Source: a virus (Duplodnaviria > Caudoviricetes). From it: a stretch of DNA of 28,497 nucleotides. Positions 1 through 9,284 of the stretch are shown here, piece by piece (position 1 is the stretch's first letter; the number at the start of each line of letters is the position of its first letter). The DNA is taken from the IMG/VR virus record IMGVR_UViG_3300025096_000089, positions 1-28,497 of that record; one strand, given 5' to 3'. The notes beneath the pieces were generated by a model. It was not told the DNA's origin. It did not search any database and saw only the letters and a list, made by a program, of their open reading frames with translations. A program made the translations under genes and the position numbers.

Positions 1-1345
1 CATCTATCTTTGTAATCGGTAACCACTTACCGAATGTAGGATCAGACTTACGTGGATATTGCTTTATTGAATTACCGCCATCCATTTCGCATTTAAATGA
101 TATAGCATTCTCTGCAAATTTTACTCTGTGGCCAGTATCAAATCCATGTTCATTAAGAGTAATTGTTAGAATACCAGATGTAGCGGTATATGTTGCACCT
201 GTTATTGTATGTTCAGAAGCAGCAGTCAAATTGTGTGCCGAGGCATTTCCCTCGACACCGTGTTCTGAAGTTGTGATACTCAATACACCTGTACCAGGAT
301 CGTATGTTGTACCATCGACTGCTGTCCAGGTACTACCAGTACCATCACTGATACCACCTGGTAATGCAGAACCAGGTACAAATGTATGATCAACATCACC
401 ATATGTACAACTGAATGTGAGTCCACCTTCCTCAATCTTAATAGAATCTCCAGCACTAATTGTACTAGCACTAGCTATACCGACATTTAATGTTAGATCA
501 CCATTTGATGGATTATATACAGTTTTTTCAGTATTTACATCACCAGTTGCATCACCAATATCATGACTTACTATAGGAGCTGCCCCAACATCAATAGTAA
601 TCGTTCCTGCTGTTTTATTAACCGATTCAATTTTAATAGACTTATCATAAAATGGGTCAGATGCACTAGGATACGACTTAGTACTAAAGTTTCCATCCAT
701 CTCACAAGTGAAGTCTAATGACTCATTTGCTAATTTAATAGTAGTATTTTCTTTCAGACCATGATTAGCACCAATATTCAAAACCATCAAACCAGTTGAT
801 GGATCATATGTTGCATCACTAACATCTTTATTTACTAAAGGAGTTGTACCGACGTTAACAGTAATCGTTCCTGCATCAGTATCAATAGCATCAATTTTGC
901 GATACTCACCATGGGATGGATCAGTAAAACGTGGATATGATATAGGATTAGTATAGTTATCAGAAGCACATTTAAATTTCAATGAACCTGCTGATATCTT
1001 AACACTCTCATTTATACTAAGTTTCTCAGCAGCTTCTGTACCGACATTTAATGTTAGATCACCATTTGATGGATTATATACAGTTTTTTCAGTATTTTCA
1101 TAACCAGTTGCAGCTGCAACATTATACACTCCTACGTCCGGACCAGCGCTTCCTGTATCCGCTACATAACTTCTCCTAGCAGATGTATTTAATAACTGGG
1201 TCAGAGTCATTCCGCACGTATTTGTCTCTCGTGCGCAAGACTCATCCATCAGATCTCCATCGGCGCCTATAGCCTCAATAGCCTGGAGTTGCTCGTCTGT
1301 TAATTCAGAAAAGCAACCTTTAAAAAATAAATTGGAGGTTGACAT
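1..1345 (-). CDS. Repeat-containing virion structural/fibre-like protein, 5' part (runs off the left edge, at least 448 aa)
   Basis: Not in the ORF track; hand-translated. ATG at 1345 after GGAGAG/GAGG; open to position 1. MSTSNLFFKGCFSELTDEQ... followed by ~90-aa repeats of the type (A)TY(D/N)PxxGxLxLxxG..H..IK.....L.F.C..D.....YPR.SDP, familiar from cyanomyovirus structural proteins. Confidence 0.8.
   Translation of the reverse strand, partial: MSTSNLFFKGCFSELTDEQLQAIEAIGADGDLMDESCARETNTCGMTLTQLLNTSARRSYVADTGSAGPDVGVYNVAAATGYENTEKTVYNPSNGDLTLNVGTEAAEKLSINESVKISAGSLKFKCASDNYTNPISYPRFTDPSHGEYRKIDAIDTDAGTITVNVGTTPLVNKDVSDATYDPSTGLMVLNIGANHGLKENTTIKLANESLDFTCEMDGNFSTKSYPSASDPFYDKSIKIESVNKTAGTITIDVGAAPIVSHDIGDATGDVNTEKTVYNPSNGDLTLNVGIASASTISAGDSIKIEEGGLTFSCTYGDVDHTFVPGSALPGGISDGTGSTWTAVDGTTYDPGTGVLSITTSEHGVEGNASAHNLTAASEHTITGATYTATSGILTITLNEHGFDTGHRVKFAENAISFKCEMDGGNSIKQYPRKSDPTFGKWLPITKID
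478..1097. repeat. 59-bp perfect direct repeat (478-536 and 1039-1097), extending to ~74 bp with 2 mismatches
   Basis: TACCGACATTTAATGTTAGATCACCATTTGATGGATTATATACAGTTTTTTCAGTATTT occurs twice, 561 nt (187 codons) apart, encoding NTEKTVYNPSNGDLTLNVG on the minus strand. Confidence 0.95.
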
Positions 1346-1367
1346 ACCTCAACTCTCCTATAATAGA

Positions 1368-1796
1368 TCAGTTATACGTAAACGTGTCCATCACAAATGT
1401 AAGCTCTAGAGTAGATACATTTGTAGAAGCCCTGTCGGCTTGGCCAAAGTTAATAGAAGTGATTTGAGCGTCAGGAATAGTGATGGTTCTGTTACCCACT
1501 GGGTTGGGATCTTCACCACACTCTACAGGAGTTACGGTCAAGGTAACAAAAGAACATTCATACGTCTTCCAGAAGTCAACGATATCTGCGTGCTTCTCTG
1601 GGTCAAATGGAGTAGATACAGTCACTTCCGCAAGAGTACGAGGACCCTTGAGCTGGAAGATACGACCTCTGACACCATCAGCATACTGGGTGGTTCCAGA
1701 TGTATCTCTGATTCCTGAGAAAGTAGTGAAGTAGTGCTGGAAAGGCGAGGCCTGGATCCAATACTGGGCTTGAGTAATAGGCTTATAGGATAGCAT
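1368..1796 (-). CDS. Putative tail tube protein
   Basis: 142 aa, beta-rich. FTTFSG..., ...KGPRTLAEVTVS..., and C-terminal DRASTNVSTLELTFVMD match the contractile tail tube (T4 gp19-like) pattern. Confidence 0.75.
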   Translation of the reverse strand: MLSYKPITQAQYWIQASPFQHYFTTFSGIRDTSGTTQYADGVRGRIFQLKGPRTLAEVTVSTPFDPEKHADIVDFWKTYECSFVTLTVTPVECGEDPNPVGNRTITIPDAQITSINFGQADRASTNVSTLELTFVMDTFTYN

Positions 1797-1831
1797 AGTA
1801 AGTTATGTTATATGCAATATTTCTAAATAAT

Positions 1832-1839
1832 ATTTAAAC
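1832..1839 (-). promoter_or_regulatory. Putative late promoter motif, variant GTTTAAAT
   Basis: In the portal-tube intergenic gap, 35 nt before the tube ATG. Confidence 0.55.
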
Positions 1840-1847
1840 TAGGTGGA

Positions 1848-3716
1848 TTATTGGAAGTACGGATCAAACCATCTCCAATATCCTTTCTTTTCCACATCTA
1901 GAGTTACAGCCTCTCTGTGCACAGTATACCTATTTAATCTAAATGTCTTCTCGTAGAGAGAGATCAGATCTATAGAGTCACACTCGGACAAAATCTCTTG
2001 CTCTATAAGGCTCTTCATTCTTTGTACTTCTGTCTCACAACCAGACTTGAGCTCAAAAGCTTCAGCCGGCGGTTTCCTTACGTTTCTTATCTCTTCTAGA
2101 AGTCTCTCTATCACAAAGACAATTTCTCCTGGCGAAGTAAACTCATCTATTTTTATCTTGGAGATTTGCATCTCGTTACCTGTAGAATCAGTTACGATAC
2201 GTTGGAAACCAACATCATCGAGATCTCCTTTGAAATTAGTGGCGATCTCTTGAGATATCTTTTGTTTCTCTGAAGGCTCTTCAAAATCGAATAGCTTCAT
2301 GAGGTCTGTGCCAAAGTCCATGTCCTCGGCCATAGGAGCTTCGGCTTCTTGACCACCTTCCATAGGAGGCATCATACCTCCCATCATTCCGCCATCAGGC
2401 ATCTCCTGCTTGATCAATGAAGGGATGTTAAGCTTCTCCCTTAGCCAGTCTACGTCGTCTACTTGGTACCCTAAAGCTCCTAGTTGGGAGAGTACCTGTA
2501 CCATACGTACAGGATCTTCTCTCTGCCTGAGATCTTCAAAGTTACGTACTAACCTAGGAGGAGTCTTACCAGGATAATTAAGTTCTACTATCCATCGGAC
2601 CAAAGTAGAGTTAATTGTTTCATCGAGCTCTTCAGAGAAAGCCTTGGCCTTCCTCATCCTCACAGAGTCGGCGATTTGATCTCGTGCAAATGAGCCAACA
2701 CTACCGGTCTCTTGACCAACGGTTGTCTCTCCATTAATCACAAAACTGATCTGCTGATCAATATATGTAATGAGCTGGTTGTAGAGTTCTGGGCGGCCGT
2801 TGCTCTCTAACCATTGAATATCCATCTCATCTGGTATAACAACGGCGGTCTCTTGCCCTAAACGTTGTAACGCACTGAATAAGGAGTTAACTTCCTCCTC
2901 AGGCGTACCTAGGCTGAACTTGCCAACGGCTGTTGGAGTTGTATGCTTGTCCGCGTATTGAAGCCAGAAGTTAAGTAGAGTCCTTCTAAACTCAACAAGA
3001 GGATAAAGCTGACGTCCTTGTCCTGAGCCATGAACATCCATGAAGTTGCTATAGGCCCAATGCCTATGCATGATCATAGACCTTAGTGGTATCCCCAGGC
3101 CCTCTACAGGAGAGAACATAGTGATAAGCCTAGGACTTACTGTTCCATCCTCATTTAAGCGAAATAGGAACCTACGTGGGTCTCTGATCTTTATCTCAGA
3201 CGGCACGATATACTTACCTTGTCGCATCCAGCAGATCTCTCCTGTTGACATGCCAAGCACAATAGACTCACACATGCCACGGATGAAGGTATCAAACCCT
3301 GAGCTCGTGGATACTAAAGATTCTTTTCCATAAGATTGTCTTGTGTTGCTGCCCATACGATTAATGACTTGTCGTACGAACTCTGCAATTTCTTCGTCTT
3401 CTGCTCTATCTGAAGAGGGGTAAACCTCCCAAGGCCTTTGAATAATCTCTCCTACTAGCTTTTCCCAAGCAGCAAGGATTTGGCTGTCGTTAAACAGCCT
3501 CATATATTTTTCAATTGCGCGGGGGCCGCCGCCTCCTTCTTCTAAGAGGATATCGTCTCTACGGGGGAGTATTACTCCACTCGTAAGGTAAGGAGCTCCT
3601 GAATAGGAATACGGATCTGATTTATATCCTGCCAGATTTCCTTGAGGAGTGCCCAGGGAAAAATAACGATCAAAAAACCCAGATTTGATATGCCTTTGAG
3701 GATTTTCAGAGGTCAT
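1848..3716 (-). CDS. Portal protein, Mu gp29/DUF935-like, with C-terminal extension
   Basis: Motifs G.S.GEI.W, RDPRRF, HGSGQGRQLYP, FWLQYADKHTTP.AVGK, AVVIP, IDQQIS..INGET, GSFA, ETIN..LVRWIVELNY; Gly/Met-rich acidic linker near aa 440-470. Confidence 0.9.
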   Translation of the reverse strand: MTSENPQRHIKSGFFDRYFSLGTPQGNLAGYKSDPYSYSGAPYLTSGVILPRRDDILLEEGGGGPRAIEKYMRLFNDSQILAAWEKLVGEIIQRPWEVYPSSDRAEDEEIAEFVRQVINRMGSNTRQSYGKESLVSTSSGFDTFIRGMCESIVLGMSTGEICWMRQGKYIVPSEIKIRDPRRFLFRLNEDGTVSPRLITMFSPVEGLGIPLRSMIMHRHWAYSNFMDVHGSGQGRQLYPLVEFRRTLLNFWLQYADKHTTPTAVGKFSLGTPEEEVNSLFSALQRLGQETAVVIPDEMDIQWLESNGRPELYNQLITYIDQQISFVINGETTVGQETGSVGSFARDQIADSVRMRKAKAFSEELDETINSTLVRWIVELNYPGKTPPRLVRNFEDLRQREDPVRMVQVLSQLGALGYQVDDVDWLREKLNIPSLIKQEMPDGGMMGGMMPPMEGGQEAEAPMAEDMDFGTDLMKLFDFEEPSEKQKISQEIATNFKGDLDDVGFQRIVTDSTGNEMQISKIKIDEFTSPGEIVFVIERLLEEIRNVRKPPAEAFELKSGCETEVQRMKSLIEQEILSECDSIDLISLYEKTFRLNRYTVHREAVTLDVEKKGYWRWFDPYFQ

Positions 3717-3726
3717 TTACAACACA

Positions 3727-3921
3727 TTATTCTTCGCTATCTTTAAACTGAGTTGGCTCAACTACCTTGGTTAAGTCAACATATACAGTTTCAAGCTCCA
3801 AAATCTTAGTTCTAAGCTCCTCTACGGTGATCTCCCCGTCTTCCCATTCTTTAATTAGTTCCTCCGCGCCATCCACTCGAACGTTTTGGCCTTGAGTTAA
3901 AATGTTGATTCCTTCTTCCAT
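3727..3921 (-). CDS. Small acidic hypothetical protein
   Basis: 64-aa ORF filling the gap between the 321-aa ORF and the portal gene, on the same strand. Confidence 0.65.
   Translation of the reverse strand: MEEGINILTQGQNVRVDGAEELIKEWEDGEITVEELRTKILELETVYVDLTKVVEPTQFKDSEE
3741..3748 (-). promoter_or_regulatory. Putative late promoter motif GTTTAAAG
   Basis: 24 nt before the portal ATG. Confidence 0.65.
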
Positions 3922-4862
3922 TTTTCAAATTCCTTACGAATAGTTATGTAAAATTCTGAGTAGGTTTTGTGCCAGGTTTCATCGTATTTCCTGACATACT
4001 TGAAATAGTTTTCTTTCCAAGTATCAGAGTCATATACTTCTTTATACTCTTTAGGTATATTTAGAGTGAAGTTCTTAAGCTCTATAGCGATGATTGCGCT
4101 CATAAAGTCTCCTCTTTTTGCAATCATCTGATCTTTAAGTTCTTTTAGATTTACATCTGGGAATTTTAAAGATACTTCGCGAAACAGAGGAGATTTGGAT
4201 AGATCTGACTTTTTCTTTTCTTTGTCTTTTTTAATTGTCTCTTGGTAAGCGTTGTCAAGAATCCCAGAGATAAACGTAGAGTTAAATTCTACGCTTGCTC
4301 CGTCATTGATATCGGTCCAGAATTTCTTGAAGGACTCGTATCCCCTTACAATTGTGATATTTGCATAAGACTGCATCTTTTGTTTTATGTCTCTCTTTGC
4401 AGCGTCAATGTAGTGCATGTCTTTACCATCTGGCCAAAAAGCGTATCTTTGAGCCAGGGAGTTTGACCAAAGAAACGTTGTCAATAACTTCTTAATCCTA
4501 GGATCAGAAATATCTTTCTTAGGCAAATCGTCGATGTCTAGTATTGCTTTCTTCCAATCATAAAATATATCCATCGCTTTGTTTTCTGCGGCTTGCCAAA
4601 CTGGAGTTTTTGAGAGTTTACCGATATGAGTATCGTCTAACTCGCCGTATCCTGTCAAATCGTTGATTAGTACGTCGTCCTCTGAGAGGCTTTCTGACGT
4701 TATAATTTTTGGCCTACCAAGCCCTTTGGCGTTAGTAGTAAACTCAACAACCCATTTGTCATGGGCTAGTTGCTGTTCAAACTTCCACTTATCATAAGCG
4801 AGTATCTTATCTAAAAGAGGCTCTGGTATATTACTTAGTGTCAGTATTTCCTGTGCTATCAT
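3897..4862 (-). CDS. Hypothetical protein (charged, helical)
   Basis: 321-aa ORF overlapping both neighbours in an operon; no family recognised. Confidence 0.8.
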   Translation of the reverse strand: MIAQEILTLSNIPEPLLDKILAYDKWKFEQQLAHDKWVVEFTTNAKGLGRPKIITSESLSEDDVLINDLTGYGELDDTHIGKLSKTPVWQAAENKAMDIFYDWKKAILDIDDLPKKDISDPRIKKLLTTFLWSNSLAQRYAFWPDGKDMHYIDAAKRDIKQKMQSYANITIVRGYESFKKFWTDINDGASVEFNSTFISGILDNAYQETIKKDKEKKKSDLSKSPLFREVSLKFPDVNLKELKDQMIAKRGDFMSAIIAIELKNFTLNIPKEYKEVYDSDTWKENYFKYVRKYDETWHKTYSEFYITIRKEFEKWKKESTF

Positions 4863-5298
4863 TCTCGTTTAACTGACGTAGTTTGAAGTCTATATAGCTC
4901 ATTATATCACGATAATTCCAACAGTCAACAATTTTTTCAAATAAGTTTTGATCTACTCTACCTAAGTCCATTCCAAAGGTTAGAATCCTATTTAAGTCCG
5001 TCCAACAATTACTACCTGGTTCGTCAAATAGGAAGATCTTTTTATCTACCGGAGGTTCTATCTTCTCAATTGTGCTCAGCGCGCTAAAGAACGAAGACAA
5101 CAAAGAATTGTCCCATCCTGCAAAGACTACAAAATCAGAGCCTTTGACTAAAGCCTCAGTGATTGATTGTCTTACCTTTATTTCAACGCCCTCCTTTTCT
5201 GTTAAGATTTGCTCTAGATGGACAACCATCTTGTTGAGGTCAGATGCATTATCAACAGATTTGGACTTTATAATAACTACGGAAGTTTTGGCGGGCAT
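4831..5298 (-). CDS. Degenerate LOG/SLOG-fold-like protein
   Basis: LVKGSDFVVFAG...FFSAL...KKIFLFD...WTDLNRIL...G.VD...EKIV resembles the C-terminal half of LOG-family proteins, but the PGGxGTxxE motif is absent. Confidence 0.5.
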   Translation of the reverse strand: MPAKTSVVIIKSKSVDNASDLNKMVVHLEQILTEKEGVEIKVRQSITEALVKGSDFVVFAGWDNSLLSSFFSALSTIEKIEPPVDKKIFLFDEPGSNCWTDLNRILTFGMDLGRVDQNLFEKIVDCWNYRDIMSYIDFKLRQLNENDSTGNTDTK

Positions 5299-5319
5299 AA
5301 TTTGATCATAGCTACAAAG

Positions 5320-5347
5320 CTTTAAACTTAAAGTTTAAAGTTTAAAA
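5320..5347. promoter_or_regulatory. Back-to-back putative late promoters forming a 21-bp palindrome
   Basis: CTTTAAACTT-A-AAGTTTAAAG (5320-5340) plus an overlapping GTTTAAAA, between divergent ATGs at 5298 and 5361. Confidence 0.65.
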
Positions 5348-5360
5348 AAAGTGTTTTAGC

Positions 5361-8300
5361 ATGGTTTCGGATCTAACTCGAATACAGGTACAAGGTATAA
5401 GGGGAAGCCTGCCTACGATCCTCGATACTGCTTTTGTTATATATAAAACCCAGGTGGAAGAACTCAATGTTTCTTCTGAAGAAAAGCAGTTCAATAAAAC
5501 AATGTTTGACTTCATAAGTACTTTGCTTACAAGGATAGAGAAGGATAAGCCTCTATCTACTGTGCCTTTGTACGCTGATCTCTCTTACGTTTTGGTGCAG
5601 CTGCAATTTAATGTCCCTAGATTTTTAGGGTTATACTCTATTATAAATCGAACAATTGTAGAGTTTTTAAAAGAAGCATTTAATAGAAAGAACACGAACA
5701 TAGAACTGTATATTAATCAGTACTATGAGCAGATAGCGAGTTCTTTAGTAAACTTAGATCTATTTTTAAAGGGTCTCAGGACAGAGCAGATTGTTCAACT
5801 TATTTCTGACTACGGCCCTTCTTCTGCTGTTGTTAAAGATTCTTATTCATCAAAAGAGATAAATGATAATAATACTATTTATTCCTTGTTCGGAGAAGAT
5901 AACTACTGGGAGGTACAATCTAGAAAGTATAAAGAAAACCCGCTGTACGGAAGAAAAATCTACACCATTTTAAATGATGTTCTTTATGTTTTAAATAGAG
6001 ATATCAGTAGACCTAACACAAGTTTTGATCAAGAGGAATGGAGTGAGTATACTTCAAAATATTTAAAAAAAGAAAAAACATTTAATAACAGACTTAGAAA
6101 GAGTGTTAATAAGTACATAGTTAACGCCTTAGAAGAAGCGAATGATATTAATGGTATTATTTCTGATAGCAAAGAAAAAAGCATAGACACAACAGGGTTG
6201 GTATACGACGAGAAAGATCTTTCTTTGACTTTTGGAGGTGCGGGTAAAAGTATTGTTGATAGCGTTATTTCCCTTAAAACTGTGATAAAGTACTTTGGAA
6301 ATAAACAAGCCTCGCCTGTAGGAGATATTGATTACATTGCTTCTTTTTGTGAGTATCTCTACTCTGGATGCTATGGCAGAAACTTAGCTGATGGTTTCTC
6401 TTCAGTGCCTGGAATAAACTTATTTGGTAACTTTGATTTAATCTATTATTTTACAGGAGAGACCAATAAAATAGCAGGACTTAAATTTATTGAAGGATTT
6501 AAATATCTTAAGTCTTTTAAGCAAAATTTAACTCTAAATCCTGACATTGAGACTAAAATAACAAACAAAGGTAAAGTCAACGAGTTAGTAGAGATTATGC
6601 ATAATCCTCTATACTCAAAATACAGCAATGGGATCAAAGATCGTTTTGTTTTTAATATCAGAAACCCCTATACAGATAACTATCAGTACAACGTAGATGT
6701 CATATTGTTTGGCTTAGAAACGATTACTAGTATATCTAGTACTCTAGGAGACACTGTTAATGCTGTAGCATCGTCCTTAAGTAAAGACGGTGAGCTTGCA
6801 GGATACGAGGGCTTGGGCTCTATCTACTTACAAATGCAAGAATTAAGTAATATATTTATTCCGAGGCCAGATATTGAATTGTTAATTTCTAATGGAGAAA
6901 AAGTCCTTCCTGGGCTAAATGGGTTAACAACTTATCTACTGAGATCTTATCAGAAATTAACTGCGGTAGTTCCAGATATACCTTTTACAGGGAAGTCTCT
7001 TAGAAAACTTAGCAAATGGAGTGGAAAAGTTCAGAAGTATCTAGAAAGAATTATAGATGACATTGAAACAATAGGGTATCAGCCTGGAGCTTTTATACCT
7101 AATATTTCTTTTAAAAATTCTCTACCTGATAGAGAGACTCTAATAGACCGGCTCAGGTCATTAAATTTTCAAGAGAGTGAGATTAACGAGTTTATTTCTG
7201 CAGAGACTTTTGAAGATCTATTGTTAAAATTTGCTCCTTTGTCTGATTCAAAAGACCAAGCATCGTTCTTTAAAGGATATGAGTTATCTCAATTAATATA
7301 TGAGTTTGGAGGAGAGCCCGCAATTGATGCTTATTTGAGTTATCTTTATTCTCCAGACGATGATGGTTTAATTAATCTACTCACTATTGCGTTAAAAGAT
7401 CAATCAAAAGCGACTACTTATAACACTAGCAGATTCGGTAAATTAGTAGGTCTACTGGTGAGTTTAACTTTTGCTATTAACCCAGATCAGCTTGGGTTAT
7501 TTAAGTCTTACTTATCTGGTAACAGGCTTACATTTTTTGAATCAATTTCCTTTTTGTTAAAAAATAAAGAAAGAAATATACTACTAAATAAAGAAGAGAT
7601 TAGTCTTTTAAACCCCGTATCTAAATCTTTGATATTTGGAAAATCTGGTTTTGATATTAATGCGTACTCTATTGACTATGAAACTGCTAATGAGCACGCG
7701 CCTCTAGCCTTGAAGCAATACACAGAGATACTTGATAAAAATCTAGGTGATGCGTCTACAAACTTCTTACAGAATTTGTACGACAAAAGCCAGGGACTAA
7801 CCGTAAAAGAGCTTATTAAGACTTTAAATCCAGAGTCTTTTCATACAGATTTAGGTCAACTACTTGAGGGATACGAAGGAGGCCGACTAACTAAGATCCT
7901 TAATTACGCTTATTTAAGTGGTGTATTACATAAAGTAGGGTATTACAATAACTCGTATCAGGCCCCTAACTTCTTTGTTATGCCTCGTAGTCCTTTCAGT
8001 TTAAGTGCTGTTGTGGAGATACTCAAGTCTTTAGTACTCGCTTTAGATTTAACTATTACTAATTTTATTAACACCCTAGAAGACAATTTTTCTCAAGATG
8101 CCCCAGAGCTTTACTCTTTCAATAACATTATTAGTTCTTATAATAAAGAGACCGATACTCTATCAAGACTTGTTAGAGAGATCGTTCCCGTAAACGGTGA
8201 CCTTGGAACTCTTGGAGCACCTTCTTTAAAAGGTACCGAAACAATAGTAGGTTCTCCAGGTATTGGTAACTCTCCTATCCCAGAGTCTATACCCAAAGAA

Positions 8301-9284
8301 AATAGCATTACTCCAGAGCAAGCTAATGTGCTCGCTCCTCAGATTATAACAAATTTCTCTTTCTTGGCTCCTAGGATTAATAAAGATCTTGCTGAAAATA
8401 ACATACTAGATAAGTTTACAAAAGTAATAGAAGATAATAGGCTAATCACAGGAATTTCTCCTGTTAACTCAGTAGCAGTAGCTAAGTCTGGTGTAAGTGA
8501 GTTAAGCTTAAATCCTAGTAAGAAAAACTCGATCTCTTTAGAGTCAGGACTCGTTGTCAATAAAAACCTCGATTCTGTGAACCCTTCACTATTTATTAAT
8601 AACGATTTTAAAACCAAAGTAGAGAGGTCAGTAATAGCAAATTTAGTAAAAGATCAGTTAATAACAGAGTTTGATGCTGTACAGTCATGCAAAAAATTTG
8701 GTGGAACAAAATGCGAAGAAACTATAGAGAAAACAATAAACTCCTGCGGAGAGCCTACTAATAAAGCAATATACTCTGAGAGAGATAATACTCCGTTTAC
8801 TCCAATATCTAACAGCGGCGTATTGATAGATCGCCCCTACGGCAAAAACTCTGAAGTTAAATTAAATAACGTCTTCTTGCCAAGTAAGCCAAATAACAGA
8901 CCGCTATTCTTTAATGTATTTGACGACGAGGAGATAAGGATTGGTTTGAATGGAGAGCCTATTTTATCTAAATTAAAATCAGAGCCAATTGTTTTTACAA
9001 AGAAGACAAATGACTTGTCATTAGATTCAAATACTTCCGCCCAAGATGTGATTGATCCTAAAGAAAAATATTACCCTCAGTATTACAACTCTGAATTTGG
9101 GTTAATAGAGGCAATAAAAGCAAGGTGGGAAAAGGACGGGCCATTCAAGTGTGCTCTATTGGAGGATCCTTATGCCTATCAAGCCTGTATGAACCTATTA
9201 AAATGCAAGAGATTTATTAAAGAGGACGAAGTAGCGTTCTTAAAATTCTGTCCTAAGACCCTAGCAGGAGGTTTATCTAAATGA
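5361..9284 (+). CDS. Large hypothetical protein, probably virion-associated
   Basis: 1307-aa ORF downstream of the late motif; helical Leu/Ser/Asn-rich body with Cys clusters near the C-terminus; no family recognised. Confidence 0.8.
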   Translation: MVSDLTRIQVQGIRGSLPTILDTAFVIYKTQVEELNVSSEEKQFNKTMFDFISTLLTRIEKDKPLSTVPLYADLSYVLVQLQFNVPRFLGLYSIINRTIVEFLKEAFNRKNTNIELYINQYYEQIASSLVNLDLFLKGLRTEQIVQLISDYGPSSAVVKDSYSSKEINDNNTIYSLFGEDNYWEVQSRKYKENPLYGRKIYTILNDVLYVLNRDISRPNTSFDQEEWSEYTSKYLKKEKTFNNRLRKSVNKYIVNALEEANDINGIISDSKEKSIDTTGLVYDEKDLSLTFGGAGKSIVDSVISLKTVIKYFGNKQASPVGDIDYIASFCEYLYSGCYGRNLADGFSSVPGINLFGNFDLIYYFTGETNKIAGLKFIEGFKYLKSFKQNLTLNPDIETKITNKGKVNELVEIMHNPLYSKYSNGIKDRFVFNIRNPYTDNYQYNVDVILFGLETITSISSTLGDTVNAVASSLSKDGELAGYEGLGSIYLQMQELSNIFIPRPDIELLISNGEKVLPGLNGLTTYLLRSYQKLTAVVPDIPFTGKSLRKLSKWSGKVQKYLERIIDDIETIGYQPGAFIPNISFKNSLPDRETLIDRLRSLNFQESEINEFISAETFEDLLLKFAPLSDSKDQASFFKGYELSQLIYEFGGEPAIDAYLSYLYSPDDDGLINLLTIALKDQSKATTYNTSRFGKLVGLLVSLTFAINPDQLGLFKSYLSGNRLTFFESISFLLKNKERNILLNKEEISLLNPVSKSLIFGKSGFDINAYSIDYETANEHAPLALKQYTEILDKNLGDASTNFLQNLYDKSQGLTVKELIKTLNPESFHTDLGQLLEGYEGGRLTKILNYAYLSGVLHKVGYYNNSYQAPNFFVMPRSPFSLSAVVEILKSLVLALDLTITNFINTLEDNFSQDAPELYSFNNIISSYNKETDTLSRLVREIVPVNGDLGTLGAPSLKGTETIVGSPGIGNSPIPESIPKENSITPEQANVLAPQIITNFSFLAPRINKDLAENNILDKFTKVIEDNRLITGISPVNSVAVAKSGVSELSLNPSKKNSISLESGLVVNKNLDSVNPSLFINNDFKTKVERSVIANLVKDQLITEFDAVQSCKKFGGTKCEETIEKTINSCGEPTNKAIYSERDNTPFTPISNSGVLIDRPYGKNSEVKLNNVFLPSKPNNRPLFFNVFDDEEIRIGLNGEPILSKLKSEPIVFTKKTNDLSLDSNTSAQDVIDPKEKYYPQYYNSEFGLIEAIKARWEKDGPFKCALLEDPYAYQACMNLLKCKRFIKEDEVAFLKFCPKTLAGGLSK

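Noticed and set aside
478-1112. Repeat pair as a DGR template/variable region
   Set aside because: Both copies are coding, the few mismatches are not adenine-specific, and no reverse transcriptase is visible.
5361-9284. Large ORF as a virion RNA polymerase or tape measure protein
   Set aside because: No DxDGD-type catalytic motif and no Ala/Gly-rich periodic tape-measure character seen.
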